From the IMG/VR virus record IMGVR_UViG_3300045988_140315, positions 1 to 12,516 of that record: DNA of 12,516 bases, one strand, 5' to 3'. This document shows, one piece after another, positions 5,881 to 12,516 of the stretch. The stretch comes from a virus. The position numbers and the translations under genes are program-made. The notes under the pieces are model-generated. The model was given only the letters and a program-made list of their open reading frames with translations, ran no database searches and was not told where the DNA came from. Within the stretch, counting starts at the first letter, position 1, and the number at the start of each line of letters is the position of its first letter.

Positions 5881-5896
5881 GTTGCAACGTTGCAAC
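5881..5896. promoter_or_regulatory. GTTGCAACGTTGCAAC, copy upstream of tail cassette (perfect)
   Basis: Exact 16-mer preceded by CTAAAAA. 19 nt separate it from ATG 5916, with a GAGGTGAG SD in between. Confidence 0.85.
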
Positions 5897-5915
5897 TATA
5901 TTGAGGTGAGAAAAA

Positions 5916-6416
5916 ATGCCAATTATAACAATGTATCAATGTTCACAGGACGTGAGAACAATTTCAAAAACGCTAACAAACGCAGTAGAATATAATTGTG
6001 AAATACTGGATATTATGAACAGTTTTACACCCCGTATAAGATTATTTTGCACGTCCGAAACGTTTAACGCAAATATGGTGTATATACCATTTTTTGATAG
6101 ATACTATCACATAATTTCAGCGGACGTTGAAAGTGCAGAAACTATTATTTTACAGTGTGAATTTGATATATTTACATATTCAGTAGCACTATTATCTAGC
6201 GAATTTTTAGTTACTAGAAATGAAAATATTGGAAGCACATATATCCCTGATACAATGTTACCATTAAAAGGTAATAAGGAAATGAAAGTAATAGAGTTTA
6301 CTGGTGGAGATTTTAACCTTGACACTGCTACAGTAAATAGTTACAATTTTGTACTAAATGTGGCAGGCGGTGGAAGTAATCAGGGAACAACAGAGAATGA
6401 GGGGCTGAGCATATGA
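5916..6416 (+). CDS. Tail protein resembling the N-terminal domain of the phi29 gp9 tail knob
   Basis: NANMVYIPFFDRYYHIISADVESAETIILQCEFDIFTY is similar in pattern to recalled gp9 [44 protein letters not shown]. It is coupled to the next gene by an ATGA overlap. Confidence 0.5.
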   Translation: MPIITMYQCSQDVRTISKTLTNAVEYNCEILDIMNSFTPRIRLFCTSETFNANMVYIPFFDRYYHIISADVESAETIILQCEFDIFTYSVALLSSEFLVTRNENIGSTYIPDTMLPLKGNKEMKVIEFTGGDFNLDTATVNSYNFVLNVAGGGSNQGTTENEGLSI

Positions 6417-8503
6417 AATTAAATAAGGAAATTTATTCCAGTGACCGCAGTATATCCATAGATTTTTTAAGTGGCATTAAAACAACTCAGTCATTAGAAA
6501 CTTTGGTTAATAATGGTAAATTACAATTAAACAACCCCATTGATGAAACGATTTTTTATGCGGTTGATTTTAACCCCCCTGACGATTATTTTATAAGAAG
6601 TGGGGGTAACAGCCCCCATCAATCAGAATTTGTTAAGGGGGCTAACACTCCGAGCGGTGTATGTGCTATGTTTGGCAGATTAAATACTAATGATACATTA
6701 CAAAATCGCCCCGTAATTGCTAACCAAACTAGGACTACATTTCATAGACTGGCATATGATAGTGACAAGAGTGATAGTTTAGGCTATTATTTTGGCACTG
6801 AGTATAAATTAAAAGATTTTCTTTTTTTGGTTCGAGTGATAGCGTATAGATTTGAATATTCTGATATGGGTGACGTATCGTCATTTAGTGATAGAATTGA
6901 CGTAGACGTACAAACATTTGAAACCACATATAAAAATACCCACCATATCGTAGGGATATACGCAGTGCCATATTATTTAAGGGCTGAAATTCATGATAGA
7001 AAATCATGTCAGGGGTTTAATATTATACCGTTTTGTACATATTCAAAAAATTCTATGGTGGATAATTATGACATTTACGGCGCATTATTTTTTGGCGGTG
7101 ATTATGACCAAGACCACGCAATTTTGAATACGTTTATTTATGGGTGTGAAGATTTATACACTAATTATTTTAATGACTATGATTATTATTATGCGAATTT
7201 AGGTTTTATTGATTTGTGGGATAAAACATATTTTGCTATTAATAGTGACGTGTATACGGGATATTTACCGGTTTTTGATTATAGTATCGAAAACATCCAT
7301 AAGTTATATAGCAGAATGGGAACATATTACACATTTTCGGCAAATTTAGCAAAGCAGGAAAATCTAAACCAAAATGGTATATATTGCGGTATTATTTCAG
7401 ATGATGGAAAAATCACTGGAAAATATTCTGAGGGTGCAGAAAATTCAAAACAAATTCAGACAACATGGGATAATCCGACAGACTGGCAAAATAACCCATT
7501 TAACGGCATAGGCAATACAGACCCTAACAACTACACCGACAAAATAGATTTGAATAAACCTACATTATCAAATGTGAATGTATTCAATCGCAGTTTCGCA
7601 GTAACATCAAACAGTGTTCGTCAACTTGCCGATTTTTTGTGGAACGCTGACGAAACAAAATTTGATGAGATTGTAAAGGGGTTAGCGTTAATGGGTGAAA
7701 ATCCTATGAACGGCATAATTGATTTGCGTTTATTTCCGTTTAATGTAGCTTTGAAAAATTCTGCCACGCAGGCAGAACCCATTGTAATAGGCAGAACAAA
7801 CACGGGTGTAAACGGCATTAAATTGACGGAAAATGTAAACAGTTTAATTGATTTAGGTGAATGCACATTTTTTACTAAATTCAAAAATTTCCTAGATTAT
7901 GAACCATACACAACAGCACAACTATATATTCCATATATTGGAGTAGTACCAGTTTCAACGGCTGAATTTATGGGGCATAGAATTTCGGTAAAAATGATAG
8001 TTGACTATACAACGGGTGCAGGAACGGCTATAGTATTTAAAGACGATATACCATTTATTTACAGAAATGGAGTAGTAGGCGTATCGATTCCAATGACTGG
8101 AAACGACAGTACAAGTTATGCAAATACAGTTATCGGAAATGTGGTTAGCGGTGTAGTAGGCGGTGTAACATCAATTGCTAGCGGAAATATTGGCGGTATG
8201 GTTAGCAGTGCCGAGAAATTGTATAGCGGTTTTGCGACTGGTACTAATTACCAAGAAGCGAGTGCAAGTTCGCCGTCTGTTGCAACGTGGCAACCTCAAC
8301 ATTGTTATTTCATAATTGACAGACCGATTTTAAATGCACCTGACAATTACGGGAGAACTGTAGGTTATGCTTGTGAAAAAACTGGAAAACTATCAGATTT
8401 TAAGGGGTTTACAGTTGTTAGCAACCCTGAAATAAATTTCAGGTGTACAGACAGCGAAAGACAATATATAGTAAATATGTTACAAGGCGGTGTATTTGTA
8501 TGA
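6413..8503 (+). CDS. Tail knob / distal tail protein (gp9-like C-terminal half) with a large Tyr/Asp-rich N-terminal region
   Basis: The C-terminal half has YIPYIGVVPV and a Gly-rich hydrophobic loop (GNVVSGVVGGVTSIASGNIGGMVSS) like the gp9 membrane-active loop. Its terminal segment GRTVGYACEKTGKLSDFKGFTVV...ERQYIVNMLQGGVFV parallels the gp9 C-terminus. It is the largest structural ORF. Confidence 0.7.
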   Translation: MKLNKEIYSSDRSISIDFLSGIKTTQSLETLVNNGKLQLNNPIDETIFYAVDFNPPDDYFIRSGGNSPHQSEFVKGANTPSGVCAMFGRLNTNDTLQNRPVIANQTRTTFHRLAYDSDKSDSLGYYFGTEYKLKDFLFLVRVIAYRFEYSDMGDVSSFSDRIDVDVQTFETTYKNTHHIVGIYAVPYYLRAEIHDRKSCQGFNIIPFCTYSKNSMVDNYDIYGALFFGGDYDQDHAILNTFIYGCEDLYTNYFNDYDYYYANLGFIDLWDKTYFAINSDVYTGYLPVFDYSIENIHKLYSRMGTYYTFSANLAKQENLNQNGIYCGIISDDGKITGKYSEGAENSKQIQTTWDNPTDWQNNPFNGIGNTDPNNYTDKIDLNKPTLSNVNVFNRSFAVTSNSVRQLADFLWNADETKFDEIVKGLALMGENPMNGIIDLRLFPFNVALKNSATQAEPIVIGRTNTGVNGIKLTENVNSLIDLGECTFFTKFKNFLDYEPYTTAQLYIPYIGVVPVSTAEFMGHRISVKMIVDYTTGAGTAIVFKDDIPFIYRNGVVGVSIPMTGNDSTSYANTVIGNVVSGVVGGVTSIASGNIGGMVSSAEKLYSGFATGTNYQEASASSPSVATWQPQHCYFIIDRPILNAPDNYGRTVGYACEKTGKLSDFKGFTVVSNPEINFRCTDSERQYIVNMLQGGVFV
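8279..8294. repeat. Motif variant GTTGCAACGTGGCAAC (1 mismatch) inside tail knob gene
   Basis: It is the exact reverse complement of the 2722 variant. It is read in frame as V-A-T-W-Q and lies about 205 nt upstream of the 8500 gene start. Confidence 0.7.
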
Positions 8504-9051
8504 TGAATGAATTTTATGCAAGTGGTTTAACAAATGAGCAATTGAAAGCGGAGATTTTAAGGCAAGGGCGTAAAGCAAATTTACGCCTTAGCCAATTGAA
8601 AAAAAGTGGGTATTACAAGAAAAACCCTATAATTATGGCGAAATGGAATACATTTCTAAAAGAGAGCAAATTTTCGACTAAAAAGAACTTTTTTAAAACA
8701 GGCACGAAAGGCGAAACCCGTGCAGATTTGTTAAAACATTATGTACAGATTAGACAATTTTTAGGTCAACAAACAAGTGTGGCTGACACGAAAAAAATTA
8801 TTCATAAACACGCCTTACGGCTGGAAATTGAAGATGAGACTGTTGAACGTGTACTAGAATTTTATGGAGATAATGCTATTTTAAAACAGCTATCTAATAG
8901 TGATTCGGCTCAAACATTTGTGCGTGATATGGTAACAAAAGGGTTTAATGATGATGAAATTAATGCAGTATTAGACACACTTGAAAAATCAGCAAAAACT
9001 GAAAGCGACATGAACGACTTAATGCGAAATTTTTTACAAACATTAAAATAG
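8500..9051 (+). CDS. Putative terminal protein (by position immediately upstream of protein-primed PolB)
   Basis: ORF-track 8443..9051 trimmed to ATG 8500, which overlaps the tail knob stop (ATGA) and has AAGGCGG upstream. It is a basic, helical 183-aa protein. RKANLRLSQLKKSGYY is reminiscent of recalled PRD1 TP QRQVSNLKKAGLI. The assignment is mainly positional. Confidence 0.5.
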   Translation: MMNEFYASGLTNEQLKAEILRQGRKANLRLSQLKKSGYYKKNPIIMAKWNTFLKESKFSTKKNFFKTGTKGETRADLLKHYVQIRQFLGQQTSVADTKKIIHKHALRLEIEDETVERVLEFYGDNAILKQLSNSDSAQTFVRDMVTKGFNDDEINAVLDTLEKSAKTESDMNDLMRNFLQTLK

Positions 9052-9072
9052 TTGCAACGTTGCAACTATTTT
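9045..9072. promoter_or_regulatory. 28-bp perfect palindrome AAAATA-GTTGCAACGTTGCAAC-TATTTT (motif copy 9051-9066, extended arms)
   Basis: Read directly. The first G of the motif is the last base of the TAG stop of the preceding gene. A potential 12-bp stem is followed by a U-rich run. 23 nt separate the motif from TTG 9090, with an AAAGGGG SD in between. Confidence 0.85.
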
Positions 9073-9089
9073 GTAAAGGGGTGTAATAG

Positions 9090-11225
9090 TTGATAAATGT
9101 AAATGATTTTGATTTTAACATTTTAAAAAATAATTTACAAACAGTTACAACCCGTACAAGAGATAATCAATTTATTGAATATTATAACGCCCCTTTTGCG
9201 TTTGATATTGAAACGAGTTCATTTTATGACGGAGAAAATAAACGGGCTTGTATGTATATCTTTATGTTTGCTTTAAATGGAAATTATGTATATGGCAGAA
9301 CATGGGAAGATTTCGACTTTACATTGAATAAGTTAAAAGAAGTATTACAATTAAATGAATACAAAAGAATTATAATATATATTCACAATTTAGGCTATGA
9401 GTTTCAATTTCTAATCGGTCATGAACGTTTCAAAGACGTTTTTGCAAGAAACGCCCGGCACCCTATTAAATGTACTATGAACGACTGTTTTGATTTAAAG
9501 TGTAGTTTAATGTTGAGTGGTATGAGTTTAGCAAAAACAGCAGACGACTTGACAAGCGTAAAAATACAAAAATTAACAGGTGATTTAAACTATAAACTTT
9601 TAAGAACATGGAAAACCCCTCTAACACAAGAAGAATTGGCATATTGTGAACATGACGTTAAAATTTTACATTATTTTATACTTGAAGAAATGGCAAAAAA
9701 TGATAATGATATAACAAAAATCCCATTAACTAAAACGGGATATGTTAGAAAATATTGTCAAAATTACATTAAGAAGCATACATATTATCCAAAATATAGA
9801 GAAAAAATTAAGAAGATTGCCCCAGTTGATAAAGACTTGTTTTGTTTATTGCATAAAACTTTTATGGGTGGATATACACACGCTAACTATATATATGTGG
9901 GAATGGTATTGGAAAATGTTGCCAGTATTGACTTTACAAGTTCGTACCCGTCCGTTATGATTAGAAAAAAGTATCCCATGCAACCATTTACAAAAATTCA
10001 CATAAAAGATTTAACAGATTTTAGATATTGTATTAAAAATTATCCTTGTGTTTTTGAAGTAGAATTAACTAACGTTATTGCTAAAAAATGTAATCACATT
10101 TTATCACGTTCAAAATGTTCTGTTTGTGATAATGCTGTTGTTGATAATGGGCGAATTGTATCAGCAGATAGAATATTTACATATTTTACAGATATTGACT
10201 TTAAGGACTTTGAACAATTTTATTCTTATGAACATTTGTCAATTGGTAAATTTTACACGTCAAGTTATGGATATTTGCCTAAACAAATTATAGAATGTGC
10301 ATTAAAATTTTACAACGACAAAACTACATTAAAAGGTGTAGTAGGAAAAGAAGTGGAGTATCTAGTCGGCAAAGGTATGCTAAATAGTTTGTTCGGTATG
10401 TGTGTAACAAACCCTGTAAACGATGATATTGTTTTTGATGGAAAAGAATGGAATACAGAAAAAAAAGATATTATGGAAGCGTTGCAAGAAAATTACATAA
10501 AGAATAAAAAGCAAGTGTTAGTATATCAGTGGGGAGTGTGGATAACTGCATGGGCACGGCACGAACTTTTTAAAGGTATATTAAAAATTAATGATGATGT
10601 TATTTATTGTGATACTGATAGCATTAAATTTTTAAACTATGAGAATTATGAAAACTGGATAAATGAATATAATAAAATTTGTATTGACGAGATAAACAAG
10701 GCATTAAACTATTATGAAATTGATTTGAATTTAGCTAAACCTAAAACAATTAAGGGTCTTGAAAAACCTCTAGGAGTATGGGATTTTGAGGGGATTTACA
10801 CAAAATTCAAGACGTTAGGAGCAAAACGTTATGCGTATGAGCAAGACGGGAAATTTAATATAACAGTTTCTGGATTAAATAAAAAGTGTGCCGCTCCTTA
10901 TATAGTTGCAACGTTGCAACCGTTTGAATTTTTTGACAATGAAATGTATATACCGAAAGAATACACAGGGAAAAATACATTAACATATATTAATGAACCA
11001 TACAAAATTATGGTAAAAGATTACCAAGGAAACTATGCAGAAGTATCAGAGAATAGCTACATACATATGGAAGAACAAGACTATAACATGGCACTATCAG
11101 AGCAGTTCATATATTATTTAATGTGCGGCACAAATTTTGGAAATAGTGCAAAAGAGCATACATTGTTTGAAAAAAGCCGAGAATTGGCTACAAATTTTTG
11201 GGAGTGTGATTTTAATGAGAAATGA
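9090..11225 (+). CDS. Protein-primed family-B DNA polymerase (phi29 gp2-like)
   Basis: ExoI FAFDIETSS; ExoII YIHNLGYEFQF; ExoIII YCEHDVKIL; motif A IDFTSSYPSVM; motif B KGMLNSLFGMC; motif C VIYCDTDSIKF; KxY LGAKRYAY. The apparent start is TTG, because there is no in-frame ATG before ExoI. Confidence 0.97.
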   Translation: MINVNDFDFNILKNNLQTVTTRTRDNQFIEYYNAPFAFDIETSSFYDGENKRACMYIFMFALNGNYVYGRTWEDFDFTLNKLKEVLQLNEYKRIIIYIHNLGYEFQFLIGHERFKDVFARNARHPIKCTMNDCFDLKCSLMLSGMSLAKTADDLTSVKIQKLTGDLNYKLLRTWKTPLTQEELAYCEHDVKILHYFILEEMAKNDNDITKIPLTKTGYVRKYCQNYIKKHTYYPKYREKIKKIAPVDKDLFCLLHKTFMGGYTHANYIYVGMVLENVASIDFTSSYPSVMIRKKYPMQPFTKIHIKDLTDFRYCIKNYPCVFEVELTNVIAKKCNHILSRSKCSVCDNAVVDNGRIVSADRIFTYFTDIDFKDFEQFYSYEHLSIGKFYTSSYGYLPKQIIECALKFYNDKTTLKGVVGKEVEYLVGKGMLNSLFGMCVTNPVNDDIVFDGKEWNTEKKDIMEALQENYIKNKKQVLVYQWGVWITAWARHELFKGILKINDDVIYCDTDSIKFLNYENYENWINEYNKICIDEINKALNYYEIDLNLAKPKTIKGLEKPLGVWDFEGIYTKFKTLGAKRYAYEQDGKFNITVSGLNKKCAAPYIVATLQPFEFFDNEMYIPKEYTGKNTLTYINEPYKIMVKDYQGNYAEVSENSYIHMEEQDYNMALSEQFIYYLMCGTNFGNSAKEHTLFEKSRELATNFWECDFNEK
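10905..10920. repeat. GTTGCAACGTTGCAAC, perfect copy inside the polymerase gene
   Basis: Read directly. It is translated V-A-T-L-Q in the thumb region. It lies 3 nt upstream of a promoter-like TTGAAT-N17-TATATA. Confidence 0.85.
10924..10952 (+). promoter_or_regulatory. Candidate internal sigma-A type promoter TTGAAT-N17-TATATA within polymerase gene
   Basis: Hexamers with a 17-nt spacer, read directly. It is about 260 nt upstream of the ATPase start and abuts the motif copy. Confidence 0.35.
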
Positions 11226-12306
11226 ATACTATTCATTAAAAAAGATTAATAAGTTAAATGCCTTATACAATTTGATTATAGGGCAACGTTCAAACGGAAA
11301 AACTTATGCGGTATGTGAGCAGGAAATAAAAGGTTACTTTAAAGAAGATTTTCGGCTTGCATATATACGGAGATACGATGAAGAAATAATGCCTAAAAAT
11401 ATCCAAAATTTATTTAAGCCCCATTCAGCTTTAATTGAAAAATTATCCAATGGGCAGTTTAACAGCACTGTATACAAGAATAGAGAATTTTTCCTATATA
11501 ATACAGACACGGAAGAAAAAAGTGAACAAAGTTTTTGCAAGTGTTTTTCTTTAAACGCATGGGAGCGTACAAAAGGTGCAGATAATGGATATTTTAAATA
11601 TATACTGTTTGACGAATTTATGACCCGTTCATTTTATCTTAATAATGAATTTGTCACATTTACTAACCTTTTGTCATCTATTATTCGCGATAGAGATAAT
11701 ACAATTATTTACATGATAGCCAATACAGTAAACCAGTATTGTCCGTATTTTGCGGAAATGGGTTTAGGTAAAATTTCAGATATTAAACAGGGCGACTTGA
11801 AATTATTTACATATGGTGAAAGTGATTTAACACTTGCACTTGAATATTCTGACAGTAAGGGTAAAACGGAAAAAGTTAGTAAATATTTCGCTTTTGATAA
11901 CCCTCAATTGAAAATGATAACCACGGGTCAGTGGGAAATTAAAAACTACCCCCACGCCCCATTTAAAATTAAAAAGGAAAATATTGTATATAGAGCATAT
12001 ATATTCTTTGACAATGACGTTATCGCCTGCAATATTGTGCATTATAACAATAGCGTATTTCTATTTTTTAACATTCAAACAAAAACAGAAAACCTTGATT
12101 TAAAAAAAAGAGTTGTATATAGTTTTGAAACTGATACAAACCCCATACACGTTCAATCACTAGCAGAACAACCGACAGACGTGCATAAACTTATTAATAA
12201 TTTAATAACATTTAATCGTGTGTTCTATGCAGATAACTCAGTAGGTGAAATTGTTAGAAACTGGATAAACGCACAAAGCAAGCACGCTATTAGCATAAGG
12301 GCATAA
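11215..12306 (+). CDS. DNA packaging (encapsidation) ATPase, phi29 gp16-like
   Basis: ORF-track 11137..12306 trimmed to ATG 11215, with GGGAG about 10 nt upstream; it overlaps the polymerase stop by 11 nt. Walker A is NLIIGQRSNGKTYAV against recalled gp16 NFVIGARGIGKSYAM. YIRRYDEE matches YVRRYKPE. Walker B YILFDEF matches TIVFDEF. ANTVNQYCPYF matches SNAVSVVNPYF. Confidence 0.93.
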   Translation: MRNEYYSLKKINKLNALYNLIIGQRSNGKTYAVCEQEIKGYFKEDFRLAYIRRYDEEIMPKNIQNLFKPHSALIEKLSNGQFNSTVYKNREFFLYNTDTEEKSEQSFCKCFSLNAWERTKGADNGYFKYILFDEFMTRSFYLNNEFVTFTNLLSSIIRDRDNTIIYMIANTVNQYCPYFAEMGLGKISDIKQGDLKLFTYGESDLTLALEYSDSKGKTEKVSKYFAFDNPQLKMITTGQWEIKNYPHAPFKIKKENIVYRAYIFFDNDVIACNIVHYNNSVFLFFNIQTKTENLDLKKRVVYSFETDTNPIHVQSLAEQPTDVHKLINNLITFNRVFYADNSVGEIVRNWINAQSKHAISIRA

Positions 12307-12309
12307 AAT

Positions 12310-12344
12310 AACCCCATGAGTTTTTTCTCATGGGGTTTATTTAT
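12310..12344 (+). terminator. Rho-independent terminator AACCCCATGAG-TTTTTT-CTCATGGGGTT followed by TATTTAT
   Basis: 11-bp perfect stem, 6-nt loop and a U-rich tail, 4 nt after the ATPase stop. An A-run upstream makes it potentially bidirectional. Confidence 0.85.
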
Positions 12345-12397
12345 AGTATATAGGTAGCAATTACAGCTTCGAGCATCGCCATTGAAATGTTTTTATA

Positions 12398-12516
12398 TAC
12401 ATATTCTTTGTCGTAAACGTCACACAGTAAATCACTTATGTTTTCATATCTCAAATAACCGTTAGGTGCTATTTCCTGATTATCCAAAAACCACTCAACA
12501 GCCACACACTCAACTG
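12398..12516. repeat. Right inverted terminal repeat (119 bp, perfect)
   Basis: Exact reverse complement of 1-119. Confidence 0.97.

Noticed and set aside
522-12042. All minus-strand ORFs in the track (522..770, 554..874, 889..1221, 1762..2001, 2640..2834, 3436..3693, 3632..3829, 3998..4267, 4656..4949, 4762..4944, 5060..5293, 5607..5849, 6107..6325, 7621..7884, 11334..11540, 11827..12042)
   Set aside because: Each lies antisense to a well-supported + strand gene. They have low-complexity, Cys/Phe/Leu-rich shadow-like translations, no Shine-Dalgarno context and no recognisable motifs. The genome is otherwise strictly unidirectional.
1-12516. CRISPR arrays, tRNA/rRNA genes, integrase/repressor lysogeny module, transposase or defence/anti-defence cassettes
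   Set aside because: There are no spacer-repeat periodicity, no cloverleaf-compatible segments in the few non-coding gaps, and no ORFs with recombinase or transposase motifs. The terminal inverted repeats are better explained as protein-primed replication origins than as transposon TIRs, given the TP/PolB pair and the full virion gene set.

Overview
The window appears to be a complete, linear, AT-rich 12.5 kb dsDNA phage genome of the phi29 / Picovirinae type, which replicates by protein priming. Perfect 119-bp inverted terminal repeats (ITRs) sit exactly at the two window ends. Between them, 15 tightly packed genes all lie on the + strand, many with overlapping stop/start codons. In order they are: a DUF3102-like HTH protein; a small zinc-finger protein; a lysis cassette (two small membrane proteins plus a CHAP endolysin); a phi29 p5-like SSB; portal and lower collar; a 95-aa unknown plus the major capsid protein; a two-ORF tail knob; a putative terminal protein; a protein-primed family-B DNA polymerase; and a gp16-like packaging ATPase followed by a strong terminator. 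No tRNA, CRISPR, integrase or lysogeny module is visible. All minus-strand ORFs in the track look like antisense shadows. The most striking signal not explained by genes is a 16-bp double palindrome, GTTGCAACGTTGCAAC. It occurs 5 times perfectly, 3 times with one mismatch, and once as a lone 8-mer half-site. It marks essentially every gene-cassette boundary, 15-24 nt upstream of the start codon and just 5' of the Shine-Dalgarno. It also occurs inside three genes. I read it as a genome-wide operator or start-associated regulatory system of unknown mechanism. Candidate cognate factors are encoded at the left end. Secondary oddities are: an open reading frame embedded in both ITRs; termini lacking the usual terminal reiteration; a split or expanded tail-knob gene with no separate receptor-binding protein; a 27-bp palindrome enclosing a stop codon; and a 173-bp motif-free non-coding gap. 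All homology statements rest on my recall of phi29 protein sequences and motifs, not on searches.
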